Part shown: in pieces, positions 28,836-38,389 of the stretch
Position numbering within the stretch: position 1 is the stretch's first letter
Layout of the letters: the number at the start of each line of letters is the position of its first letter
Origin: an uncultured Gaiellaceae bacterium
GTDB lineage: Bacteria > Actinomycetota > Thermoleophilia > Gaiellales > Gaiellaceae
Assembly: GCA_963831285.1 (NCBI GenBank)
Contig: CAWHPO010000003.1
Coordinates: 91,401-155,400, forward strand
Reading direction: 5' to 3'
DNA: 64,000 bases
Position numbers and translations under genes: made by a program
Notes under the pieces: generated by a model
Database searches by the model: none
What the model was told of the DNA's origin: nothing
The model's input: only the letters and a program-made list of their open reading frames with translations

Positions 28836-29201
28836 ATGCCCCGAGTTCGTCGTCGCACGATCCTGGTCGTCGCCTTCGCGGCGGCGCTCGCGCTCGCGAC
28901 CTACGCCTTCACCGCGTCGAACACCGTGCCCGGCTCGAAGGCGGGCAAGGGCGAGGGTGCGATCAGCGGCTACACGGTCTCGAACGTCGCGTACACGCTC
29001 GCGACGAGCAACCCCGCGAACATCGACAGCGTGGCGTTCACGCTCAGCGCCGCGGCGACGACGGTGAAGGCGAAGCTCGTCCAGGCGAGCTCGACGTACA
29101 CGAGCTGCTCCGTCACGGGAGGAACGAGCGTGACGTGCGACTTCTCTCCGGACGTCGCCGTCCTCTCCGCCGACGAGCTCTCGGTCGTCGCCGTCCAGTA
29201 G
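28836..29201 (+). CDS. Small secreted protein with a SipW/TasA-type N-terminus
   Basis: The RBS AGAGGAG precedes MPRVRRRTILVVAFAAALALATYAFTASNTVPGSKAG. The gene is directly upstream of the signal peptidase. Confidence 0.65.
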   Translation: MPRVRRRTILVVAFAAALALATYAFTASNTVPGSKAGKGEGAISGYTVSNVAYTLATSNPANIDSVAFTLSAAATTVKAKLVQASSTYTSCSVTGGTSVTCDFSPDVAVLSADELSVVAVQ

Positions 29202-29252
29202 GAGGACGCGCTCGCCGGGAGGCCCTGCGGCGCCTCCCGGCGGGAGCAGCTG

Positions 29253-29747
29253 ATGCGAACCGTCGCCTCGACAGCCCTCACCGCCCTGACCGCCGGCGTG
29301 CTGCTCCTCGGCGCCTGGCTCGTCTTCGCGCCGGCCGGCCTCGGCGGCGGAGCGCACGTTGCGGTCGTCCAGGGGCTGAGCATGGAGCCGGGCCTCGATC
29401 GCGGCGATCTCGTGCTCGTGCGCCCGCGCGGCACGCCAGGAGTCGGCGACGTCGTCCTGTACCGAGACCCGGAGCTCGGAGTGCGCGTGCTCCATCGCGT
29501 CGTGCGCATCCAGGACGACAGGCTCGTCCTGAAAGGCGACGCGAACGACTTCCTCGACGACGCCCATCCGCGACCCGACGAGGCGATCGGGACGCTCTGG
29601 TTCTCGGTTCCCCGGGTGGGAGCGGCGCTCACCTGGCTACGAGGCCCGCTGCACGCGACCGTCCTCGCGTTCCTGCTCGCCCTCGTCGCGCTCTCCGGCG
29701 GAATCGCGGTGCGGCCGGGATCGCGCGAGCAGGCGAGCGGGAGATGA
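29253..29747 (+). CDS. sipW: Signal peptidase I, SipW (archaeal/ER) type
   Basis: VVQGLSMEPGLDRGDLVLV, LHRVV and KGDAN motifs, with a C-terminal TM segment. Confidence 0.8.
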   Translation: MRTVASTALTALTAGVLLLGAWLVFAPAGLGGGAHVAVVQGLSMEPGLDRGDLVLVRPRGTPGVGDVVLYRDPELGVRVLHRVVRIQDDRLVLKGDANDFLDDAHPRPDEAIGTLWFSVPRVGAALTWLRGPLHATVLAFLLALVALSGGIAVRPGSREQASGR

Positions 29748-30121
29748 GAGCGGCGCTGCTCCCGATCCTGCCGCTCGTCCTCTTCGCCTGCGTGGTCCTG
29801 ACGGCGTCGTCTCTCGTGCCGACGAGCAAGGCCGGGCGAAGCACGCAGACCGTCACTGCGAACAAGGTGAAGCCGAGCGCGTGCAGCGCGATCACGCTTG
29901 CCGGCGCGACGGTCGGCTCCGGCACGTTCAACGACACCGCCGCGTCGAACCTCGTCCTCGGCGGCACGGCCGCGGACACGATCCGCGGCATGGCCGGCAA
30001 CGACTGCATCCTCGGCGGCGGCGGGAACGACAGCCTGCGCGGCGACGGCGGTACGGACGTCTGCGTCGGCGGGCCTGGGACGGACACCTTCGACTCGACC
30101 TGCGAGACGCAGATCCAGTAG
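29744..30121 (+). CDS. Secreted protein with RTX-like GGxGxD calcium-binding repeats
   Basis: The ATG overlaps the sipW TGA (ATGA). The N-terminus is LFACVVLTASSLVPTSKAG. The repeats are GGTAADTIRGMAGNDCILGGGGNDSLRGDGGTDVCVGGPGTD. Confidence 0.65.
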   Translation: MRAALLPILPLVLFACVVLTASSLVPTSKAGRSTQTVTANKVKPSACSAITLAGATVGSGTFNDTAASNLVLGGTAADTIRGMAGNDCILGGGGNDSLRGDGGTDVCVGGPGTDTFDSTCETQIQ

Positions 30122-30153
30122 GCCGTGGGCGCCGCATTGCGGAGAATGGCTCC

Positions 30154-31170
30154 GTGGAGCGGTCGACCTTCACCCTCGACCTCGGCGCGATCCGACGGAA
30201 CGTCGCCACGCTCTCGACCGCCGCGGGAGGCGCCGAGGTGTGGGCGGTGGTCAAGGCCGAGGGCTACGGCCATGGCGCGGTCGACGTCGGGAGAGCGGCG
30301 CTCGATGCGGGCGCGAGCGCGCTCTGCGTCGCCACGCTGCCCGAGGCCCTCCACCTCCGAGCCGCCCTCCGCAACGCCCGCATCCTCGTCATGGGACCCG
30401 TGTCCGACCGTGAGATCGGGGAGGCTCGCGTCGCGCGGCTCGAGCTCGTGGCCGTCGACGGGCGCATCCCGGAAGGTCTGCCGGTCCACCTGAAGCTCGA
30501 CACCGGAATGGGGCGCTGGGGCCTCTCGGAGCTGCCCGCCCCCACACGGGACGTCGTCGGCGTGATGAGCCATCTCGCCTCCGCGGAGTCGGATCCCGCG
30601 TTCACGCAGCTCCAGGTCGAGCGCTTCCGCGAGGCGACCTCGGGCCTCTCGCTGACGCGTCACATCGCGAACAGCGCCGCGACCCTGCGCTACGCGGAGG
30701 CGCGCTTCGACGCGGTTCGCTGCGGGATCGCGGTGTACGGGATCTCGCCCTTCGGCGGCGATCCGGGGGACGAAGGGCTCGAGCCGGCGCTCCGCTGGGA
30801 TTCCTACGTCGCACTCGTCAAGCGGCTCGATCCCGGCGAGAGCACGGGCTACGGCCGTCGCTTCGTCGCCGACCGGGCGACGTGGATCGGGATCGTTCCG
30901 GTCGGTTACGCGGACGGCTTCCGGCGTGACCTGACGGGCACCGAGGTGCTCGTGGGCGGGGCGCGCTGCCGCGTCGTCGGGACGATCTCGATGGACGGGT
31001 TCGCCGTCGCGCTGGAGAGCAAGGTCGCGCCCGGCGCGCCGGTCACGCTCCTCGGCGACGGGATCCTCGTCGAGGAGCACGCGCGGGTCGCGGGCACGAT
31101 CGGGTACGAGATCGCGACCGGTCTGAACACGCGCTCGGGCCGTGCCCGCCGGATCGCCGTCGATGGCTGA
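30154..31170 (+). CDS. alr: Alanine racemase
   Basis: AVVKAEGYGHG (PLP-lysine motif), then VGYADG and ISMD. GTG at 30154 is the first in-frame start. Confidence 0.85.
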   Translation: MERSTFTLDLGAIRRNVATLSTAAGGAEVWAVVKAEGYGHGAVDVGRAALDAGASALCVATLPEALHLRAALRNARILVMGPVSDREIGEARVARLELVAVDGRIPEGLPVHLKLDTGMGRWGLSELPAPTRDVVGVMSHLASAESDPAFTQLQVERFREATSGLSLTRHIANSAATLRYAEARFDAVRCGIAVYGISPFGGDPGDEGLEPALRWDSYVALVKRLDPGESTGYGRRFVADRATWIGIVPVGYADGFRRDLTGTEVLVGGARCRVVGTISMDGFAVALESKVAPGAPVTLLGDGILVEEHARVAGTIGYEIATGLNTRSGRARRIAVDG

Positions 31171-32194
31171 GCGACTGCGCGAGATCCTCGAGGGCGAGGA
31201 GGCCTGGATCGTGGGAGGTGCGATACGCGATCGCCTCCTCTCACGGCCCGTCCTCGACGTGGACGTGGCCTGCGCAGATCCGCGCGAGGCGGCGCACCGC
31301 TTCGCGCGGCGCTTCGGCGGCGTCGTGTTCCCGCTGTCGGAACGGCACGGCGCCTGGCGCGTCGTCGACCTGCGCGTCGAGGAGACCGTCGACTTCACCC
31401 CGCTCGCCCAGGGAATCGACGCGGATCTCGCGTCGCGCGACTTCACGTTCAACGCCATCGCCGAGCGCGTCGCGACGGGCGAGCCGTACGACCCCCACCA
31501 CGGACGGCGCGACCTCGAGTCCGGGCTCGTGCGAGCGGTCTCGGACGCGGTCTTCGTCGACGACCCGCTCCGGCTCCTGCGGGCCGTTCGCTTCGAGGAC
31601 GAGCTCGGTTTTCGCATGGACGAGCGCACGGAAGCGCTGCTGCGGTCGTCGGTCGCGCTCGTGTCGCGGCCGGCGGGCGAGCGCGTCCTCGCCGAGCTGC
31701 AGCGGCTGTCGCCGGCGGGATATCGGCGCCTGGACGACTTCGGTCTGCTCGAGCCGCTCGGCGGTGCGCTCGACGAGCGGCTCGACGCTCTCGACCATCC
31801 CGACTTCCGTCTCGTCGCCGTCTTCGGAGAGAGCCTGCGGCGGCTGCCGATCTCGAACGAGCTCCGCCGCTACTCGAACGTCCTGCGGCGCGCTCGGCGG
31901 CCGGACGATCCCTCCCCGCGAGAGATCCATCGCTTCCGGCGCGCGACCGAGCCCTGGGCGCTCGACGCGCTCGCATATCTGGGGGCCCCGGAGCTGACCG
32001 GCGTGGTGGAGGCCGCCCGCCTCGCCGAGCCGTCCGCCCCGCTCCTCCGCGGGGACGAGCTCGGGCTCGAGCCCGGACCGGCGATCGGACGTATCCTCGA
32101 CGCCATCGACGAGGAGCGGGCAGCGGGGACGATCGCGACGCGGGAGGAGGCGCTCGACCTCGCGCGCGCTCTCGCCGCCGAGGACGACTCGTGA
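31163..32194 (+). CDS. cca: tRNA nucleotidyltransferase (CCA-adding / poly(A) polymerase family)
   Basis: WIVGGAIRDRLL..DVDV, RDFTFNA and DPLRLLRAVRF. This is consistent with the tRNA genes here lacking encoded CCA. Confidence 0.8.
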   Translation: MAERLREILEGEEAWIVGGAIRDRLLSRPVLDVDVACADPREAAHRFARRFGGVVFPLSERHGAWRVVDLRVEETVDFTPLAQGIDADLASRDFTFNAIAERVATGEPYDPHHGRRDLESGLVRAVSDAVFVDDPLRLLRAVRFEDELGFRMDERTEALLRSSVALVSRPAGERVLAELQRLSPAGYRRLDDFGLLEPLGGALDERLDALDHPDFRLVAVFGESLRRLPISNELRRYSNVLRRARRPDDPSPREIHRFRRATEPWALDALAYLGAPELTGVVEAARLAEPSAPLLRGDELGLEPGPAIGRILDAIDEERAAGTIATREEALDLARALAAEDDS

Positions 32195-32874
32195 CCGTCG
32201 AGCTGCGGCGTGCGCTGCAGGACGCGCGGGCGGCGGACCTCACGGACCGCGTCCGGCGTCTCCTCGGGCCGTTCACCGGCGACGAGGCCGCGCTCGACGC
32301 GGGCTGCGGCACGGGGGCGCTCGCATTCGCGCTCGCGCCGTTCGTCGCCGAGGTGGTGGGGGTCGACCCGAACCTCGAGTACCTCGAGGCGGGACGCGAG
32401 GCGGCGCCGGGGAACGTCCGCTTCGCGGAGGGAGACGTGATGAGCCTGCCGTTCGACTACGCGGCCTTCGACATCGCCTGCTGCCACCGCGTCCTGCACC
32501 ACGTCCGGCGGCCGGAGCTCGCGGTCTCGGAGCTCGCCCGGGTGACCCGGCCGGGGGGCAAGCTCTTCATCGCCGACCAGCTCGGCTCGATCGACCCGAT
32601 GCGCACCGTCGAGCTCGATCGGTTCGAGCGGCTGCGCGATCCCACCCACCAGCGCTTGCTCCCCGACGCGGACGTCCGCGGCTACCTCGACGCGAACGAT
32701 CTCGTCCTTCTGAGCTCCGAGGTCACGCGCGAGCACGTCGATCTCGAGCAGCGGCTCGTGCTCGGCGGGTTCTCGGAGGAGGAGCGCGTGCGGATCCGCG
32801 GTCAGGCCCCTGCCAACGAGTACGAGGTCGAGATCGGCTGGTACGTCGCCCGCAAGCCGGGCCCGTCCGTCTGA
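32191..32874 (+). CDS. Class I SAM-dependent methyltransferase
   Basis: ALDAGCGTGALAFALA motif I. Confidence 0.75.
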   Translation: MTVELRRALQDARAADLTDRVRRLLGPFTGDEAALDAGCGTGALAFALAPFVAEVVGVDPNLEYLEAGREAAPGNVRFAEGDVMSLPFDYAAFDIACCHRVLHHVRRPELAVSELARVTRPGGKLFIADQLGSIDPMRTVELDRFERLRDPTHQRLLPDADVRGYLDANDLVLLSSEVTREHVDLEQRLVLGGFSEEERVRIRGQAPANEYEVEIGWYVARKPGPSV

Positions 32875-32888
32875 CCGAGCCCGATCAC

Positions 32889-33674
32889 CTAGTCGTGCAC
32901 GCCGGGGCGGTATCCGTAGCGCCCGACGAGGCGCGCGAGCACGCCCGGGAAGACCGCCTGGAAGATCGAGACCGGCCGGTACGGAAACCACGGCACCGTG
33001 AGCTCGCTTCGTTTCCTGCGTACGGCCTTCGCGATCGCTCCTGCCACGTCCTCCGAGTCGAGGACGAACCGGCGCATGAGCCCGCTCGAGAGCGTCGTCC
33101 GCGGCTTGAAGCCCTCGGTCTCGACGAAGCCCGGGAGCAACGTGTGCACGAGGATCCCCTCGGAGCGCAGCGTGGCAGCGAGCGAGCGCGAGAACGCGAG
33201 CTGCGCGTGCTTCGACGCCGCGTACGGGCCGGCGGGCGCGAACGCGATCGTGCCTGCGACCGAGACGACGTTGACGATGTGCGCATGCCCCGCGGCCGCC
33301 GCGGCTCGCAGGCCGGGGAGGAACGCGCGCGAGCACCAGACGCCGCCGTAGTAGTTCGTCTCGAGCACGCGCTCGACCGTCTCGGGCGAAGTCGACACGA
33401 ACGTTCCGCGGCCCGGAACTCCGGCGTTGTTCACGAGCAGGGCGATCACCGGATGGCGCTCGAGCACGCGCGCGGCCACCTCCTCGACCTGCTGCCGGTC
33501 ACGCACGTCGCACAGCTCCCACTCGCCGCCGACCTCGTCCGCGAGTGCCTCGAGCCGGTCGCCGCGCCGGGCGAGCAGGACGCACTTCCAGCCGTCGCGG
33601 GCGAGCAGGCGCGCCGTTGCTTCGCCGATTCCCGACGAGGCGCCGGTGATCACCGCTACCCGCTCGCCCGGCAT
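32889..33674 (-). CDS. SDR family oxidoreductase
   Basis: VITGASSGIG, NNAG and Y...K (YAASKHA) motifs. Confidence 0.85.
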   Translation of the reverse strand: MPGERVAVITGASSGIGEATARLLARDGWKCVLLARRGDRLEALADEVGGEWELCDVRDRQQVEEVAARVLERHPVIALLVNNAGVPGRGTFVSTSPETVERVLETNYYGGVWCSRAFLPGLRAAAAAGHAHIVNVVSVAGTIAFAPAGPYAASKHAQLAFSRSLAATLRSEGILVHTLLPGFVETEGFKPRTTLSSGLMRRFVLDSEDVAGAIAKAVRRKRSELTVPWFPYRPVSIFQAVFPGVLARLVGRYGYRPGVHD

Positions 33675-33721
33675 CGCCGCGGGACGCTATCCGATCGCGG
33701 CTATCCGATTAGGATCGCCGG

Positions 33722-34501
33722 ATGGCCGGCAGGTTCGAAGGCAAGCAGGCGCTCGTGCTCGGAGTCGCCAATCAGCGCTCGATCGCCTGGGCGATCGCGG
33801 AGCGCATCGCCTCGGAGGGCGCGCAGGTCGCCTTCACCTACCAGGGGGAGCGCATCGAGAAGAACGTGCGCGATCTCGCCGCGAAGGTGGCGAGCCCCCT
33901 CGTGACCGAATGCGACGTGCGCTCGGACGACGATCTCGCCCGCGTCTTCTCCGAGGTGTCCGAGACCTTCGGCGGCGGCCTCGACCTCCTCGTCCACTCG
34001 GTCGCGTTCGCCGCGGCGGAGGATCTCGAAGGCCGCTTCACCGACACGCCGCGCGACCGCTTCTGGATGGCGCTCGACATCAGCGCCTACTCGCTGGTCG
34101 CGTGCGCACGCGCGGCGGAGCCGCTGATGGAGGCGCGCGGCGGCGGCTCGATCGTGACGATGACGTACCTCGGCGGTGTCCGCGCAGTGCCCGGCTACAA
34201 CGTCATGGGCGTCGCGAAGGCCGCGCTCGACGCGAGCACCCGCTACCTCGCGTGGGATCTCGGGTTCAAGAACATCCGCGTCAACGCCATCTCCGCCGGG
34301 CCCGTGCGCACGCTCGCAGCCCGCTCGATCGCGGGGTTCACGACGATGCAGTCGATGTTCGAGGAGCGCGCCCCGCTCCATCGCCAGATCGAGGCGGAGG
34401 ACTGCGGCGCGGCGGCCGCGTACCTCCTCTCGGACGAGGCCGCGAACGTGAGCGGCACGACGCTGTACGTCGACGCCGGGTACCACGCGATGGGCATGTA
34501 G
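33722..34501 (+). CDS. fabI: Enoyl-[acyl-carrier-protein] reductase (NADH)
   Basis: GKQALVLGVANQRSIAWAIA, YNVMGVAKAALD, ISAGPVRTLAA. Confidence 0.9.
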   Translation: MAGRFEGKQALVLGVANQRSIAWAIAERIASEGAQVAFTYQGERIEKNVRDLAAKVASPLVTECDVRSDDDLARVFSEVSETFGGGLDLLVHSVAFAAAEDLEGRFTDTPRDRFWMALDISAYSLVACARAAEPLMEARGGGSIVTMTYLGGVRAVPGYNVMGVAKAALDASTRYLAWDLGFKNIRVNAISAGPVRTLAARSIAGFTTMQSMFEERAPLHRQIEAEDCGAAAAYLLSDEAANVSGTTLYVDAGYHAMGM

Positions 34502-34667
34502 GGACGGCTCGCACTCCTCGGAGTCGTGCGACAGCGGCTTCCGGTAAGCGCGACGGGGGAACACCGGAGCATGAGAGAGCGGAGATACACTCTGCTCGGT
34601 GGTTGACCTGGGCGGTCGGCAAGCGCGCCGTCCGCCGGAAGCTCCGCCAGTCGATTCCGGGCCTGCG

Positions 34668-35199
34668 CTAAAGCTGCACCGCTTCGGCCGCCGCGATTAC
34701 CGCGTCGATGTCCGGTAGCTCGCCGCCGAGCATCCACGCCGCCTCGACGGTCTCGCTGTCCCGGATGAGAAAGGCGGACCGCATGGCCACGTCGAGCATC
34801 CCCAGCGGCTCGAAGGCGACGTCGAAGGCTCGGATCGCGTCGCCGTTCCAGTCCGAGAGGAGCGGCACGTCAACTCCGAGCGTCTGCGCCCACGCGCGGT
34901 GCGACCAGGGGGAATCGCGGGAGATCGCGAGTGGGCGTACTCCGGCGCGTTCGAGGTCGTCGCTCCTGTCCCGCAGGAGGTGCAGCTCGCTGGTTCAGGT
35001 GGGCGACCAGTCCCAGACGTAGAAGCAGAGAAGCGCGAGCCCGGCCCCGAGGACCTGCCGGAGCGGTTGCGCCTCTTCGCGCGGCGCCGTCCAGACCTGA
35101 ACGCGGGGGACGGGCGCGCCGGCCTCGAGCACGTCCCGGAACGTATCAGGCGTCCTGAGCCGGAAGTCGACCGGCCGCTCCGAGGTTGTAGCCGCACAT
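34668..35199 (-). CDS. Peroxiredoxin (AhpC/TSA-Prx family) with in-frame TGA (Sec) at 34995..34997 at the peroxidatic Cys position; N-terminal frameshift near 35167-35179
   Basis: The minus strand reads ..PVDFRLRTPDTFRDVLEAGAPVPRVQVWTAPREEAQPLRQVLGAGLALLCFYVWDWSPT-TGA-TSELHLLRDRSDDLERAGVRPLAISRDSPWSHRAWAQTLGVDVPLLSDWNG.. This matches the Prx signature FYP.DF.P.C(T).E with TGA in place of Cys. The ATG at 35199 is in another frame, and total length is 3n+1. Confidence 0.65.
34963..34979 (-). promoter_or_regulatory. Candidate SECIS hairpin
   Basis: CUCCUG-CGGGA-CAGGAG lies 16-32 nt after the UGA. Folded by eye only. Confidence 0.35.
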
Positions 35200-35279
35200 G
35201 ATCCTCGTCGACCGCGTGGGAGGAGGAAGGCTCGCTTGAGTCCTTGTGCGAATCAGCCGATAGCTGTCGCGTGTTCGAG

Positions 35280-35627
35280 ATGGGGTTCTTCGGCGGGCCA
35301 TTCGCTGAACGAGTTCGAGAGTTCAGCCACGCGTACCACGACGCGAACGTTCGACTCGAAGTCGTGACGCTGACCGGTGAGAGGCTCGACGCCCTGCAGC
35401 TCAGCGCCGTCGAAACCGGAGCGATGCTTTCCACCCGCGATGACCGACTGGTGTTTCTGCCGTACGCGCACATCGCGTACCTCGACGTAGCGATCTTGAA
35501 GGACCATCGCATCGCAGGTTTTGAGCTTTCCGTGGGCTCGGACGCCAGCACCTCGCACGGCAACGCTCATGGCGACCTTTCGGAGTCGTCGACTTCGGCG
35601 AGCCTCGAGGCCATCTCCGCGCAGTAG
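35280..35627 (+). CDS. Hypothetical small protein (Sm/DUF2642-like pattern)
   Basis: MGFFGGPFAERVREFSHAYHDANVRLEVVTLTGERLDALQLSAVETGAMLSTRDDRLVFLPYAHIAYLDV. It lies in a lower-GC islet. Confidence 0.45.
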   Translation: MGFFGGPFAERVREFSHAYHDANVRLEVVTLTGERLDALQLSAVETGAMLSTRDDRLVFLPYAHIAYLDVAILKDHRIAGFELSVGSDASTSHGNAHGDLSESSTSASLEAISAQ

Positions 35628-35703
35628 ACATAGCTTCCACGGCGAGCTGAGGGGACACTCGTTCGAGGGTCGCCCGGCTTTTCCGGAAGCCGATTCGTCT
35701 TCT

Positions 35704-36141
35704 GTGGTCACAGACCCGATTTCGAGCGCGCGCGGTCGTCCACCGGTGTTCTCGGAGGACGCGCTACGACGAGCGACCGGCTACTCCTACGCGCGACGAG
35801 TGCAGACGCGACGCGGAGCACAAGACCTGGTGTACCGGATGTTCGCCATCGCGGTGCTCGAGCACTATTGCGAGGCGTACGCCGAAAAGGCACAGGCTCT
35901 AGCCTGGCTGCTCTGGCCGAAGCGCCGGCATGCACTGCTCACCGAGCTCGGCCGCGTCGCCCGGCCAAGGTCCGACGCGAGCGGCAACCTGCGATGGAGT
36001 GAGGACGACGTCTCCCGACTTGTCGAGGCGGCTTTCGTATTGGCGCAAGCCCGGCCATCGACGAAGGAGGGAGTGCTGATGATGCGGGACTTCCGCCGAC
36101 GAATGCGCGGTGTTCGTTCACGTCGCGACGGCCGAGCGTAG
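35704..36141 (+). CDS. Hypothetical protein
   Basis: VVTDPISSARGRPPVFSEDALRRATGYSYARRVQTRRGAQDLVYRMFAIAVLEHY... I recognise no family. It lies in the same lower-GC islet. Confidence 0.4.
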   Translation: MVTDPISSARGRPPVFSEDALRRATGYSYARRVQTRRGAQDLVYRMFAIAVLEHYCEAYAEKAQALAWLLWPKRRHALLTELGRVARPRSDASGNLRWSEDDVSRLVEAAFVLAQARPSTKEGVLMMRDFRRRMRGVRSRRDGRA

Positions 36142-36184
36142 CGGTACCACCTCCGCCTGCTGCGCGTGAACTAAAGATTCGTTC

Positions 36185-37279
36185 GTGGACAGCGTTGATG
36201 CGGTCGTGGTCGGTGCGGGCGTCGTGGGGCTTGCGGTGGCCCGCGCCCTGGCGAGGGCTGGGCGCGAGGTCGTGATCCTCGAAGCCGAGGACGCAATCGG
36301 CAAGCACACGAGCTCGCGCAACTCGGAGGTCGTCCACGCCGGGATCTACTACCCGGAGGGCTCGCTCAAGGCGCGCTCGTGCGTCGAAGGTCGCGAGCGC
36401 CTCTATGACTACTGCGTCGAGCGCGGCGTTCCGCACCGGCGCTGCGGCAAGCTGATCGTCGCAACCGACGCAGCGCAACTGGACGAGCTGGAAGGCATCC
36501 GCCGGCAGGCTCACGCGAACGGCGTCACCGATGTCGTTCGCCTGAGCCGGGCTGAAGCGTGCGCGCTGGAACCGGAGCTGAGGTGCGTGGCTGCTCTGCA
36601 CTCGCCCTCCACGGGGATCGTCGACAGCCACGCCCTGCTGCTCGCCTACCTGAGCGACGCCGAGCGCGCGGGCGCGCTGCTCGCGTTGAAGAGCCTGCTG
36701 GAGAGATGCGTGGTTCGGCGCGACGGTATCGAGCTGCATGTCGCGGGCGCCGAGCCGATCCTCGCGAGGGAGGTCGTGAACAGCGCGGGACTGCGGGCGC
36801 CGAGCCTCGCGCGTCGCATCGAGGGATATCCCGACGAGCTCGCGCCGCCCGAGCTGTACGCCAAGGGCAACTACTACACCCTGGCGACGCGTGCGCCGTT
36901 CTCGCGGCTCGTGTACCCGGTGCCCGAGCCCGGGGGCCTGGGGGTGCACGTGACGCTCGACCTGGGCGGGCAGGCTCGGTTCGGCCCGGACGTGGAGTGG
37001 GTGGAGACGATCGACTACACGGTGGATCCGCGTCGCGCGGACGCCTTCTACGCGGCGATCCGGCGTTACTGGCCCGGACTGCCCGACGGCGCGCTCGAGC
37101 CGGGCTACGCGGGCGTCCGTCCCAAGATCTCCGGCAAGGGCTCGCCCGCTGCGGACTTCGTCGTGCAAGGCCCGCGCGTGCACGGCGTGCCGGGCCTGGT
37201 GCACCTGTTCGGCATCGAGTCGCCCGGGCTGACCGCATCGCTGCCGCTCGCGGACGCGGTCCTCGACGAATTGCGCTGA
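36185..37279 (+). CDS. FAD-dependent oxidoreductase (LhgO/2-hydroxyglutarate oxidase-like)
   Basis: [19 protein letters not shown] dinucleotide fold, then [14 protein letters not shown] and GIESPGLT. Confidence 0.8.
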   Translation: MDSVDAVVVGAGVVGLAVARALARAGREVVILEAEDAIGKHTSSRNSEVVHAGIYYPEGSLKARSCVEGRERLYDYCVERGVPHRRCGKLIVATDAAQLDELEGIRRQAHANGVTDVVRLSRAEACALEPELRCVAALHSPSTGIVDSHALLLAYLSDAERAGALLALKSLLERCVVRRDGIELHVAGAEPILAREVVNSAGLRAPSLARRIEGYPDELAPPELYAKGNYYTLATRAPFSRLVYPVPEPGGLGVHVTLDLGGQARFGPDVEWVETIDYTVDPRRADAFYAAIRRYWPGLPDGALEPGYAGVRPKISGKGSPAADFVVQGPRVHGVPGLVHLFGIESPGLTASLPLADAVLDELR

Positions 37280-37291
37280 CCGCGCGACGTC

Positions 37292-38389
37292 TCAGCGGGA
37301 GCAGCACCAGCCGTCGACTCGCGGGAAGGAGCTCGAGCGGAACTGAGCGGAGACGTTCGAGACCGCGCGGATGCGCTTGCCGTCCGCACGCACGAGCACC
37401 CACTGGTCCGCGGCCGGCCACGAGACGAGAAGCCAGCGCCCGTCGGGTGACCACGTCAGGCCCCTGAGGCGTCCTGCTCCTCGAAACAGCGTTCGGCCTC
37501 GCAGCACGACCGCGCTCGTATCGCCTCGCACGCGGAGGATCGCGAGCTCGCGCGTGCCGGGACGGAAGGACGCGTCCAGCGCGTCGTCCCGCCGCACGAC
37601 CGCGCCCGTCTGCCCGTTCAGCACTGCCAGCCGACGCTTTCCGACGACGAGCAGACGCGTGCCGTCGGAGGACCATTCGAGCCGCCGCGCAAGCAGCGGC
37701 TTCGAGACCCACCGTCGCAGGCACCCGTTCAACTGGACGACGTACGCCGCGCCGCTCGGAGCGGCGAGCGCGACCGCGAAGCGGGCTCCCGGCCGCCACG
37801 CAGGTGGGACGTCACCGGCGGAGACGGCGCACAGGGGCTCATCGCCGGTCCCGTCCCCGGCCACGATCCGGGGCTGCCGCGCGACGTACGCGATTCGCGT
37901 GTCCGTCTCCGAGCCTGCCCAGCGAGGAAAGCGCGCACGCGGGCGAGCCAGCGTCCAGCGGACGTCGCCGCCGGGCTCGAGCGCGGCGAGCTCGTTCTCG
38001 CCCGCCGCCACCACGAAGCGGCCGAACGGCGACCAGCTCGCCTCGCGGTAGTCGCCGAGGAGCCTCTTCGAGCCGTCCTGCTGCACGACCCAGACGCCCA
38101 CGTCCGAGGCGACCAGGAGCCGGCCCGGCGCGGGGAGGGAGAAGAGCGCCGGCTGCGCACGCCGCACTCCCACCGCCTCGCGCACGCCGTCGAGCACCGC
38201 ACGCCCGGGCGAGCTGAGCGCCGCGGCGAGGAGCGCGGCCACAGCGCCAACCGCGATCGCGACGCGCAGCCTCGGCGACCTGTGTCGGCCAGGAGACCGC
38301 GCGGCGAACGCGGTGGACAGCAGGTGCCACGTACGCTCCCGGGCGTCGTGTTCGCCGGGGATCTCGACGCGCTCGAGCTCGTGCCTCAC
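37292..38389 (-). CDS. Membrane protein with a beta-propeller (TolB/WD40-like) ectodomain; probable anti-sigma partner
   Basis: It overlaps the sigma gene stop by 4 nt. It has a single TM segment (LRVAIAVGAVAALLAAAL). Repeats such as WSPFGRF, WSSDGTRLL and WSPDGRWLL follow. Confidence 0.6.
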   Translation of the reverse strand: MRHELERVEIPGEHDARERTWHLLSTAFAARSPGRHRSPRLRVAIAVGAVAALLAAALSSPGRAVLDGVREAVGVRRAQPALFSLPAPGRLLVASDVGVWVVQQDGSKRLLGDYREASWSPFGRFVVAAGENELAALEPGGDVRWTLARPRARFPRWAGSETDTRIAYVARQPRIVAGDGTGDEPLCAVSAGDVPPAWRPGARFAVALAAPSGAAYVVQLNGCLRRWVSKPLLARRLEWSSDGTRLLVVGKRRLAVLNGQTGAVVRRDDALDASFRPGTRELAILRVRGDTSAVVLRGRTLFRGAGRLRGLTWSPDGRWLLVSWPAADQWVLVRADGKRIRAVSNVSAQFRSSSFPRVDGWCCSR

